Below are positions 13,301-25,917 of a DNA stretch of 64,000 nucleotides, piece after piece. The notes under the pieces are model-generated. The model had not been told where the DNA came from. It worked only from the letters and a program-made list of their open reading frames with translations, and searched no databases. The position numbers and the translations under genes were made by a program. The DNA is from Daphnia carinata (Eukaryota): the NCBI RefSeq assembly GCF_022539665.2, contig NC_081331.1, forward strand, positions 9,982,001-10,046,000, written 5' to 3'. Positions within the stretch are counted from its first letter, which is position 1, and each line of letters starts with the position of its first letter.

Positions 13301-15642
13301 AATCTTATCACATACATCTATCGTCAAAACGCCTTCAATATCATCGCATTACACAACGTTACTTTAACTTAAGTGAATACACAAAGCCGTTGGAAATCAC
13401 GTTCCTTTTGTGATTTTCTTTCTCCTTAGGGCCTTTGTTTTCTTTTTTGAGCTACATCATCTTCTTTATGTCCACACGCGCAGCCTGGTAATATATTTTC
13501 TTTTTACCTGGACCACCAGAAGCAAAAGAAAGAGGCCGAGTCATAACCCGTCAACGACTGGCGTCATTAAATCTCACCCCTGAGCAATGCTAGCTGCTAC
13601 TTTACCTCTAGTACACCGATGGCACTTTTTCGTAAGGTTGAAATGTTACCAACACTGTTACGTGCGACAGTAACACCCACGCACCCACCCGCGTAGTCAT
13701 CCACGTCTTTCTGCGTAAGTCAGTTCTTGTCTTATCGATCAATGTATGGTACATGGCAGCAGTAAGAATCCAAATTGTCACGCAAAGCGAAGAGTTTTAA
13801 ACACTCGGATACGTAAAAATTGAATACAGACGAATGATAGATGACATAAAAATACGGAGAAACGAATTGCACGGCGCGTTAACCTCGACACAGTAAGGAG
13901 AGATTTCAACAGTTGATTTACAATCTAGAAAGTGACCGATAATTATTAGTGACATGCGAAAAGATTGCTTAGTATCCATCAAAGATTTGCGCCTACACTA
14001 AGGGAAAGGATGCCTGCCGGCGATGTTAGCGCTCTTCGGTACATTAGCAAGCAAAACTATCATTCTGATAAATGAACAGACGGCATCAATCAAATCAAAT
14101 ACATTGAGACGGTTTTGAAGACTCATTGCAATCACGAGCTCATCATCAAAGCAATACAGTAGATAATTGGAATCTTACCAACGGACGTCAATCAGTCACG
14201 CTATGCATCCAAATGGCTTCATATATTTCAATAATGGCTCATCGGTTTTTTGGTTCTTAGCCATATTAGGAATTAACGTTTTGGGCATAGGCGGCGGTTG
14301 TTTAAAATCGGGCGTTGAAAAAAAAAGCATAATTGGTAATGAATTCTTTAGCAATTGCCCTACAAATAAAGATAGCAGGACATACACTTGTTATATGCGA
14401 TTGCATCACAGTCACTTCTCCGAAATTTATGCAAATTGCTTTTTCGGGCAGCGATCGCGTTGAGATAAACCACGACCTTTACACTGCGTATGAGTCAGCT
14501 TGTTATACATTTCTTCGTGAGTCGGCAGCGAAGATGGACCTTGCCAACGCAACTTTCTAATCGGATCGTCGCAACCATGTCATCAAAAAAAGGAAGAGCC
14601 GGCAGCTGCAGTCTTCTTGTATTAGATAACCATACAGACGTTCATCCTTATCGAGGCCTTGTATATATTCGTAACAGAACAAACAAGGCGATACGCAAAG
14701 TCCAACGATGGCCAACGGTCAATGATAGCCAGGAGGTAGCCCACGATCAAAAGAGCCAAACAGCAAATACCCAAAGGCAAAGAATCAAGTCGATGGGGTC
14801 TACGGCTTTTCATCGTTATTCAAGACAGAAAAAAAAAATTAATTGGTCAGCTTTTTGTTCCTGATGCTACACGCTTATCTTATCTTTTTCAACGTTTTTC
14901 GTTCTGTCTTGTTCGCTAATTTTAGCAGATAGACGTTTTCCGCTTAAATATATGTTTCCATCATTTCGAAGTATTCGAATGATACGCCCAAAGGAAAGGC
15001 AACTCGTACTACGTTCAAATCTTGGGCAGCATCTTCACAACTAATAACTCTTGTCTACCTAATTAAGCGGCCTTCACGATAAGCCTCGTCAATGCGATAA
15101 ATAATTGCGAAAAACACAATGCAGAGAAAGACGTGGAAGATTAACGAATGACTATCATTAACTTCTCCTGGCCGCACCTGTTTTCCTTTAGTTGCTGTTT
15201 ATTTATTGCTTCTCTTTTCACGAATAGGCATTTCTTTTTCTCAGAAAGCCACTGTGTCTTGTGATATTACGTGAATGTTGAAGCGGGCTATTAAAAGAGT
15301 AGCTTCAATGTTTTGTTGTAAGGTCAACTACATAATAAGGTGAAAACTTTTCTTTTCTTTCCTGTACCTTATCATTTTTGGAAATTTTAGGCTGTTGGTC
15401 AACTTTTCTTACTGCCAAGTGTGTGACATCACTGTGAAAATACAAATAGAACAAAAGATGGATGGGTGCGACAGTAGTCAAATATATGGTATTGACTATT
15501 CCGGCCAAAGCGATTGCTATGTTGCACGTTTGTCGCTGTTTATCCTTGATTACAGATCCCGACCGAGACTCTAACAACGAGCGTGAATAACTGGCTGGTG
15601 GCAAATAACACGAGTAAACGACTTTTTTTTTGGAAAGAGAAA

Positions 15643-15662
15643 AGAGAGAGAGAGAGAGAGAG
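15643..15662. repeat. (AG)n microsatellite / GAGA element
   Basis: About 10 AG units, lying roughly 50 nt upstream of a minus-strand Inr-like CCAGTT. Confidence 0.8.
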
Positions 15663-18600
15663 CTACTGGAGAAAAGGAGACTTACAAGGTAGATATTTAC
15701 GTAGAACGAAACTGCTGATGGCGCACAATAAGATAATAGAGTCAACATCACTTTCACTCGCACGTTGGGCGATATTTAAAGATTGCTTCTTCATCCACCA
15801 AGCAAATCGCCCTACACGGTGGTCATTCTAATGAAGGAACAGCGTAAAAAAATTTCATTAAAAAAAAACTTGGTCCATTCAAGTGAATTATTTCACTTTT
15901 CACTACTATTATTATAATTTTCATTATTTTTCTTTTATTTCCGGAGAGACTTTATGCTCGCTACGTGCAATAATACGCACCGTTAGTCAGCTGCCGTCTC
16001 ATGTTGCGCATGTGCGTATCCGAACGCTCTATTTGCATTTTTCTCTTCATAAAAGGAATGGCCTTCTTTTAGAAGGGATACTGCACGCTAGTTTCACCAA
16101 AGTGTTGTCTAATGACACTGATACATCTGCTAATATTACCACCTTCTTTTTCTCTTCGGTTGATGTATTGAACACTTAAGGATCTTTCGCTTTCTTTTGC
16201 CCTCAATTCCAGTTGTCTGAATTCTCTTTCTTCTCCGTCTGGAACAATATTAAATGCCAAAATTAAAATGGCTCTTATTTACCTAGGGCAGTAGCCGTAC
16301 TCGACAGATAAAAAATCAACAAACGGAGTTCAGACGTGGCTTTTGCCGCAACATCTACACAGAGGCACTGATTGAGAGCCGCATTGTCGCAAGTCCGACG
16401 GGATTTTCCCTAACTAAGCGTTGATAGTGTTATGTCTAGCGGACAATTTTTCGTAGCCCTCAACTTGTCGCTGACAAAGACGGACCGAGTCATTATAATG
16501 AATGCGGCATGTTCAGAAAACTAAAGCAATTAAAAAGCAAGAAGAAAATGGAGAAAATTGCGAAAAGCTTGGAATTAAATTAATGCTAGTCAAATCAAAT
16601 TTTTTTTGCCCGCTGTGAATGACCAATCGTACTCGACGAAAAAAAACATTGCGTTGTTGAATGCAAGGGGAGGCAAAAACGTGATGAACAATGCGCAACG
16701 CTTATTTTGAAATGTCGTAAAAACAAAAGGGCGTGTTTTAAGGCTGCCATCCATCAGAAATTTCGAAGGCCGACCGCACCGACGAAGATGACATCAATGC
16801 CTTCATACATCAGTAGCACGCATCATGAACAGGAGCTCCCAAAATGTCGAGCTGGCGTGTTTGCCAGCCTTTGGAACGCGCCCAGTCTCAACGACAGTTT
16901 TCCCTTTCTTCTTTGTTTTCGTGACAATAATGGCTAAGACAGTCGACGTCACCAAATTCGAATGCAGAGAGTTCTAATGGCGTTTTGCTCAAAAGCTTAA
17001 CCGGCGTTTCATGTACATGCAAAACACGTGAATGCAATTGATGTGCGTTTGCATGCAAAAATATCGAAGTGTAAATGAACTAGCGCTTTGGGAGGCTAAT
17101 TGGAAACATCATGAAAAGAATATTTGATGTTGACCCTTTGTAACCTCTGCGCACTTCTCTTGTCGCTTCTTCTGTGCGCAATTACGTACCTTTCGTGATA
17201 TTTCGAGTACCATACTCGACGGCTGCCAAAAAAAAACCACAAGAAACTAGTTGTGTCCTTCCGCTTGTTGATACCTTAGTTACAAATTCAGTTAGCTCTT
17301 CACCAAAGATGTGGGAAGCTGTACGAAAACGCGAACAAAGTTCGCTTCGTAAAATCATAATCCTACTGCGCAAGTTCAACAAGTTTTATTGAATTCCTAT
17401 TAATTTCGATTCAAAAATTTGTGTTTTCTTTCCGGTGCAAGTCAACAAAGACCAGACGAAATGGATACAAACGCGAAATGAAGATGCAAGTAGTTAAAAA
17501 CTGTGCACCGGCATTGAATGCTGAGTCATTAGAAAATATCGGAAATTCCATGTTTTCTCATTATTCTTTTTCACGTTGCCTCAATGGCTTTAATAGTGAA
17601 TGTAATTTGGATGACAATGTTCAGGCTCTTATAATGAGTCACTGCCCCAATCAACTAGGACGACACAATTAGATTGAAACGATGCTGGTTCTTTTTGCAT
17701 ATTTCTCTCGACATCCATTAAGAGCCTTACAAAACGAATTCTCGCCCTCGTCTGCCTTTCTCTTTCCCGCGTTCGTGCGTACACACAATCTCAACATTCT
17801 TGTTGCTCTGCTTCTCATTCAACTCGACTTCGTCATCTTCGTTATAGGTTTCAAAGGCTTCCATATATCACGCATTTTTAAAGCCGACTCATTCACTAGC
17901 GGCTCATCCGGACGATCCCACGTGTCAAGAGAGAAAGTTTTTCCCATTCCTCTAGATCACTTGTGATACGCAAATTTCCTCGTAGCCATACAGCGTCTTT
18001 CTGTTGACTCGATGACTCTCTCCTCCAGTTTTCACACACGACTGGCTATTTCATACGTAATTTTTATCTTCTCCTTGCGGGGTCCCTATGATGCTTGAAA
18101 CATTAAAAGTGACTTCGAATATTTACAAAAGTGTAACAGGAGAAACAGAAAAAAAAACAGGAATGTGACGGAATAAAACTTAGGGTAGAATTTTTGTCAA
18201 TATCTTGAAGCTGGTTGCTACATCAGTTTGCAAATTGGTATCTCGTTTTCCTTATGAGCATGAAGACCCAGAGGTTAAATAACTGTTGGGCCATTTAACA
18301 GCGTTTTCTCTCTGAGATTGATTAAGGAAAAGTCATGAAGTTCATGCAGTGTAGAAACAAAATTCATGAATTTATTCGACATACAAGAACAATGTAGATA
18401 ACACGGAAAACTTCTTAGAGACACCAGACATCCTTAGCAACGGCGAGATTGCATGATTTTGTGAAAGCCATGTCATGGTGGTGTTGGAAAACCGAAATGT
18501 GTGGCGCCGTGTTACGCAATTTCGGAAACCACGGTAACGCGGACGTTTAATTTTGGTTATCTGTCTGTCGACGAGTTACAGAATGCTTAATAAGAAGCGG

Positions 18601-19588
18601 AGAAATGATGGGGATGGCCTGAAAAGTAGGCCAAGGCGAAGACGAAGAAAAACATGATGGAACTGTATTTGGGATGATATAATCAGTATTGCGCTCACGT
18701 TACACGAAATGCCAGTTCTTTTCGTTTAATACCGCAGGACGCGTGGTGCCGTTCGCTAACGACAACGATATGAAATGTTTTCTTTCGCCAGTTCTTTTTG
18801 CTTTTCATCTGCTGTGTGATCCAATGACCGTTGGCTGCCTCCTTTTTCTCTAAAACTAATTGCGAACTAAGGCGGAGGCGGCAACGAAGATGATGATAGA
18901 CTTTCGTAGGGATGCCGTCTTCTGAAGGTTACTAATGACGACTGTTGGCGCTTGTCTGAACAATTTGGAAATGTACAACTAGTTGATTTGTCGTCAATCA
19001 ATTGGCTTGGAAAAAAGAAACGTCGTATGTCAGTTGAATGATTCATTAGATAATAAACGGCTGTGGGTGATTGAATTCTATCAGTGATGTAGTGGTCTAA
19101 TTTGCTTATTAGGTAGTCATCAAGTGGAACAGTTCGCAATGGCGAATTTTCATAAAGGAGTTTTATCTGTATTATGTCTAGATTAGTGACAACACACGTC
19201 AGACAAACCAGAACCAGTACAGATCCAAGAATATACTGGAGAGAGAACAAACGCAGATGACTTCTGAGTTACACATTCAAAATTTCATAAAAAACCAGGC
19301 CCAAGGCAATATGAAGAAACATTACAACAGGTCGAAGGATCCATAAACGACAGACAAAAATGATGGGCCCACAACAGCATGGGCCATCACCTTTCAATTT
19401 ATCATGGAGTCATATGGGGGTGATGCTGAAGGTTCCACTTTGTTTTGAACGTTTTCCTTTTTCAAAAGATTTCTCCGATTTCGATTTTTTTTTTGTATTT
19501 TCTTTTTGAATTTATCGGCCCGTTCGTGCCCTTTTTCTTTCCTCTTACCTTTCTCAAGTGACGAAATGACGATTAAGCAATTTAAAAT

Positions 19589-22500
19589 TTAAAATGGAGT
19601 GGGTGGATGGACAACATTTAGATCTTTCCGTTTCTGTGGCCTTTTTCTATTCTTTTTCGATAACTGAATATTCGCATTTGGTTCCTGGATCAGCTCGTCG
19701 GTACCTCTTTCTTTGGGTTGCCTAAAACAGGGAAATCCATTAGCATCCACGAAACGCAAGACAAATGGATCTGCAATTCCAGCTAACAAAAAAGTGATTT
19801 CGGTACTTACCGCGGGAAATAACCTTGAGCATTCTCCTTTGGAACAATCCTTTTGCCCTGATCAGGTTGACGTTTGTTCGTTTGGCTTTCAGAAGCAACT
19901 TTGCTAGCATGCTGTTCCAGCCTCGGCGGTAATGGATCCCTATAAAAATGGGACGTTAGATTTGCGCTGCCTTTCCCGGCTGTAAACTGATTTTTCGGCT
20001 TGGCTTTCGAGTTGAATCCATTTCTGTTTCCCGCATCCACTTCGTTCCTCCATGCTTTATTAGAAGCGGATGCGCCGTTGTCATAGGTTGCTCGATTTGT
20101 GCCGTTTCTCGACCACTGCCCACGCTCTTGATCACCGAGATTGCCTCCAGTTTGCGGTATGGATGAACGCGTCATTAAATTCATATCTGCATTGCCAGTT
20201 TGGTATCTCAGATTTCCAAGATCCTTGCCTTTAAAGCCTTTAGGAAATGCGTCAAATCGATTCATACGGTAGGGCCCATTAGCGTTGCGGGCAGAATTAG
20301 GACGTGAATTTTGATCGAAATTGTCATCTGAAACATTTGTGGAACGCTGATTGCTCTGCCATGAGTTTGGCATCGAATGGAGCCTAGGGTTGGGCGTATA
20401 ATTGTTTTTAGATTCCAAGACCGGGTTGATATCGTTAGGTCGGGAATTAGGTCGGCGATGTGTGCGGAAGTGATCGGATTTGTGTGGACGTCGGATATCG
20501 GCGATGCCTAGGAATTCGGGCGAAGGCGGTAGGCCAGAGGCCTCTTCTTCTTTTGAAAGGATGCTTAGGAGTGCGTCTAATACTTGTTTATCACCTTCCA
20601 ATTCGGCGCCAATAGGATCGCGCATTCGGCGAGTAAATAGGGCCTGGAAGATAAAAAAAAAAATTATCGATGCAACAAGTTTCTATAATTGAAAGAAAAA
20701 TCAAAAATAGAGCTAAACCGCACCTGCCATTTTTGGCGTATTGCAAACAAATGGTGAGCAGCGTTGGTTTCCATCTTCAAACTAATCCATTCATCAAGAT
20801 GAAATTCACTTGTTGCCTTTGAATTGTTTTTCTTTTTTGGTTTGAAATTTCTTTCGTACGGAAGAGGTGAATGACTGAACTTCTCCGCTAGTTCCAAATC
20901 GTCTAAACCCTCACTCAATTCTTTCAAGAGGGCCTCGTCAATGTCCTCCGATTCCTCAGAAGAGTCGTCTGTACACAACAAGAAAAATACGAACAAAATG
21001 CAGATAAAAATTGACAGTTAATTTAAAGGCAATTGAATGACTACCAGTCGTCCAGTCATCATCGTCGTCATCCCCATTTTCGCTTTCGGACGAAAGAACA
21101 GGATCTTTCAGAGATTCGCTAGATAAGCGGCAATGGCCGCCAAATATAACCAATGCTACCGTGTTAACCAACGTAACACAACGAAGAGAAGCCACAAGTC
21201 CACCATACCTAAAAACGGAATGATTTCGAAGATGAAACCTCCACACTGGCGCAGTAATTATTCAAGCTGTTACCTTGATATTTCTTCGTAAACCATCCAC
21301 TTGCTTGGAAGTTGGCTGATGGCCTTTTTTTGAGAACCATTGCCATTTTCGCCCAAGAGTGCCGATGTCATATGCAAGCGCACCGAGGGTTCACGACGGG
21401 TTGTCAATTTGCCAGATCCACAAGCTCGAGCCACTTGAGGGTAGAGACCAGAGAGAATGCATGCTTTAATGGCCACCCAGCTAGAAGCGTTTCTGTTTAG
21501 TTCTTGCAAACTGCGAACGAAGCCCGATTTTCGTAACTGATCTAAAATCTGGATGCGTAACTGGTGGATGATTTCCATTGTTGCCGATGACAAGAAGTGA
21601 CGATGACAAAATTCACGTTCTTTTCCTGTGATTTCGAAAGTAATTAAATGAGCAAGCAAACGAAAGAAAACAAAATGGTAGAAAAAAGACGAGTTAGGAA
21701 AAGAAGATTACCATTGGCACGGGCTGCCAGCCACAAATTAAAAGCTCGAAGCATGGCCATGTGGTCGCTGAGGGTGCCTGCGGAAAGTTCAAGCTTACGC
21801 GCGGCGGCCACTTTTTTCTCATTGGGTTCGGCAGGCAAAAGAAAAGGATCTCGGTGACTCAAACAGCACACAATAGTTAGCACGGGATCCAGGCAATGAA
21901 GCACCGTAGCGGTAAGTAGCATTTTTCCAGCTCTAGGTTCTACCGGTAGTTCCAATAATAATCGACCAAGGTCGGTGACATTTTCCCAAGGATCCAGGGC
22001 ATCCATCCATTGCAACATCTGTTGAAATGAAAGCATGCATTTTAAAATTTCGAATTGCAAGCTGGGAATAATATATTTTACCTTAACAGCTCGCTGAATT
22101 ACGTGCAATTTGGGGGCTTCTGGAACTTGGCCAATAAACTCTGCAATCGACAAGCCGATCGGCGCCAAATTTTTAGACTGAAGACATAGTTCTTCAAGTG
22201 GAACTCGAAAGATTTCGGGAATCTGGTATCTAATAGAATACATTAGTTCTGGCACTGACAATTAATACTAAATTTATAAGCACACTTCTCAAATAACTCG
22301 TAGCGTTGACGGGAGTAAAGATGATAGCAGATTCCTTCCCTGCAACGACCTGCCCTTCCTTTGCGTTGGATGGCTGAAGCCTTTAAGAAAAGAAAAATAA
22401 AGGATTTACGGCTACCCTCAAAACGTAAGTGAAATGCTATGTACTTACCTGTGGAACCCATTCGGCTTTTAATGCCGACACACCGGAAACGGCATCAAAA

Positions 22501-24796
22501 GATTTGACTTTGACTTTACCGGTATCGATAACGTATACTATGTCATCAATGGTGATGCTTGTTTCGGCTAGGTTCGTTGAAAGGACAATCTTGCGTTTGC
22601 CGGCAGGCGGTCGAAAGAAGACTCGCCGCTGATCCCCAGATTGCATACTCGAGTGCAGTGTATACACCTAGAAAACATAACCATCAGTTTTTCAATTTCA
22701 CAACACCATTCGTGAACAATCGTGCGGGGTATCACCTCGAACTTTCCTGATGCCGCGAAACGAGAATCATTGTACATGATACGATCACGAATATTCATGA
22801 TCTCCTCATATCCGGGAAGAAAGATTAGTACTGCCCCTTCAGAGCTCTGCTGTGCTATCAGATGGAGCACATCCAAAACCAGGTCCACATTAACAACCTC
22901 TTCATCGTGGCGATCCTTATAGATTCGTAACAAAGACTCTGCTTTGTCTGACTGGTGCTTTTCCAGGACATCAGCAACGGAATGATGCTGCATGGAACGA
23001 GCTAGTTTGGAAGCTGTCCATTGCCCTGCTGTCTGACCTGGATCAGCGCCAAGCTGTAAAAAGCTGTTCACCAAATCTAGACGTCCTCGGGCTATTGAAC
23101 GACGAAAATTATGAGAGCTGGTAAAATAAGCTAGCTTTAAGAAACGTTACCGGCGGCAACCATGAGTGGAGAAAGCCGCGTTTGGGAATGCCGATAATTT
23201 ACAGGCAAGTGTGTACGCATCACTGCCTTGCAAAGCTTTTCCATTGCATCGGCATTTTCTATTATAAAAGCTTCCTGGATCCAGCAGTCAAATGTCAATC
23301 GGGCACCCGAATCCAAAACACATGGGTTGTTCTTCTCTAGCTTTGAAGTTCGCGGGGCTTGCCCTTCACGGGTTATTCCAACTGCTTTTGTTTCTGTGCT
23401 TTTTATTTCGCTTTCTTGCCACACTCCAATTTCCAATGGCGATGAATGGCCGAGATGATCAGTCAGTTCTAAAACATCTTCCAGAAAGTACTCGGTAACA
23501 GGAAAACATTTCCCTTGTACATGCATAACTGGACAGCTGCTAAAGTAGTTCGAGAACACGCTAATGTCTAAGGCCGCCGACATTAGAATAAGCCGTAAAT
23601 TTGGTAGCCTGGGGAGCCGCGATTTTAGTACTCCAAGCAGGAAATCGACGAAACGATCTCTTTCATGCACTTCATCAATAATCAAATGAGTAACTCTTTC
23701 CAGATTGCCTTCTTGGTACATCAGTGTTCGGAGGAGAATTCCGGTAGTGCAGAACATTAGCGCAGTTTTGGATGACATCCGACTTTCAAGCCGGATCTGA
23801 TAGCCCACAGTCCCTCCCAACTGCTCTCCGCGTTCGTTGGCAACTCGCTCGGCGACCGAGATTGCAGCAATTCGTCGTGGCTGTGTGCATATGATACGAA
23901 CTGGCTCATTTTTTTCCGAAGAAAGCTCCAACAGGTACTGAGGAACTTGTGTCGTTTTTCCTGATCCCGTATCACCGGTTATCATAACCACCTAGGATGA
24001 AGTATATGGAACCAAAATTAGCGGATAAATCGAAAGCATATCGAAAACAACTTGCCTTATTCTTTGATATCATATTTAGGATTTCTTCTCGGTGACTCCA
24101 AGTAGGAAGGGATTTTCGCTCAGTGAATAAGGCAGAGGCTTTCAAAGGTTGTGGAATGATAGGCATATGATATTTTATGCAATCTGCATGGGTTTGTTTA
24201 TCTGAAAAAGATTTTTTTTTTAACTAGATAAAAACATGTGTTGGGATAGCAAATGAGTTGACCAACCAGTGGTACTATTGGTGGCTTGGTTTTCAAGTGG
24301 CAGGACATCTTGCAGTTCTTCTGTAGTCAAGGGAAACTGTTGGAGTAGTTCAGTTGCCCTTGCAACTGTATTAGGATGTATGTTCAATTTGGAAACTTTG
24401 CCTTTAGCATGAATAACTATTTTTTTTACAGTTAATTTCCTCTCACTTCCTTTCCTGGAAAGCAAATTTAAATTTGACCATAGGTTAACAATGAAACTAG
24501 GAAACTATGGTAATCAGGAGTTTGAATTACCCTTGACTTCTCGATATCATTCCCATTGTTGGTGCACAAGCATGGATATATGCACGTTCTTCAGTAGAAA
24601 GAGTAGATGAAAAAGTATACTCTAAAACATTATGTATGTTACCACTGGCAATAGATTTATTTACCCATAAGACAGTACCTGTTGAAGTGTCATCATCACG
24701 AAAGGTCTTCAGCAGAGTATCAAGTCCTTTTTTTACTGATTCATAAATATGATGTTTTGAATTACCCCTGCCATTTTTATTCCTGGCAAAAGCCAT
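19589..24796 (-). CDS. YTHDC2: YTHDC2/Bgcn-family DExH RNA helicase (R3H + helicase core with ankyrin insert + HA2 + OB fold), multi-exon; no YTH domain visible
   Basis: Consecutive minus-strand exons give: R3H-like EYTFSSTLSTEERAYIHACA; Walker A GDTGSGKTTQ; CTQPRRIAA; DEVH; MSAA; ankyrin-like LSPLMVAA...LQLGADP; FLPGYEEI; STNLAETSITIDD; QRKGRAGR; HA2 LPVEPRAGKMLL; SGLYPQVA; WMVYEEI. ATG at 24796 (MAFARNK). The last exon probably runs 19721-19589 (...HPPTPF*). The 3' end is less certain than the core. Confidence 0.9.
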
Positions 24797-25520
24797 AGCA
24801 GACACAGAAAGATGTCAACTCGACCGCGTGAATGATTCTTTCACAATCTAATCATAAATCAATTTAAAAATTAAACAATCATGAAGAAGCTATTGTCGTG
24901 AAATAGAATGCAAGAAGCGGGGAATGTGGAAGTTATTCAGAGTTCTGAAAATTTAGACGACAAGACAAAAGCATTTGCAATCAAACAACATAAATTACTG
25001 TTATACAAATCAAATTGTTACACGTAATTGGAATCACCGACATCACCTTGTGTTGCAGATTCAAGTTGTAGTCATTAGTAGTTAGTCTGCACTTTTGTTT
25101 TCAACGTTTCGGTGTTGCCAAGTTTAGTCCATCAGCCATTTAAACCATGGTGTACAAGGTATTACGTTACCTACCGACAACTTTAACCAGTGCAAGTTTG
25201 ATAAGAGACCTACCAAAAAATCATTTATTACGTAATTGGTGATTTACATTATAATTGACTACGATTTATATTGCCTCCAAGAAACTCGGGTAGGTCATGG
25301 GTCCAAAAACAGAAGGGCTGTTACCCATCGGACCAATATCTTAGGACAAGAAGACCTACTACCCGTAAGGCCCAAATACCTACCCGTTAAGACCATTAAA
25401 ATATTGTAAATCTAATTCTAAATTTCTAATCATTTTCCTGCTGACGCGATGAGGGAATGGTATAATAAAGCATCCGAAATTCAGATACAATTAAACAGAA
25501 ATACGATATGTTTGCGGTCG

Positions 25521-25528
25521 TATCGATA
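25521..25528. promoter_or_regulatory. DRE-like core promoter motif (TATCGATA) between the divergent YTHDC2-like and ASAH1 genes
   Basis: Exact palindromic TATCGATA in the roughly 1.1 kb between the two start codons. Function is inferred from Drosophila housekeeping promoters. Confidence 0.45.
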
Positions 25529-25917
25529 AGAAAGCAGAAAAGACAGGATCAGGCTCTATGCTCTATGAGTAATGTAAGCTAATTGAATTCCAAAGAAATT
25601 GCCTAAATGGAGAGATTCCAGAGAATTGACGAACAAGGAATGGGCTACTGAGTCAGGTGGATATTTATATACATACTGTATATGTATGAAAAAAAAAGTA
25701 CACATGAAGAGAGGCAAATTCCGAGCAACTTCACAACGTAGCCCAACGTTGCGCAGTTTTTGAGAGATAGTTTTGTCATTATGTTAAAAATGTTATGATA
25801 ACATGGTTCTCATTCTGGCATTAACAGTAACTCGGTACTAGTGAAGCTGTCTGGCCGTTTTGACATCGTCATTTGAATTAATTGAGATCGTTTACAAATT
25901 GTAGATTTTGTTCTGAC

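Noticed and set aside
1979..19250. The many 60-150 aa ORFs in the left non-coding region
   Set aside because: F/K/L-rich translations of poly-A/T tracts, with no domains and no consistent splice chain.
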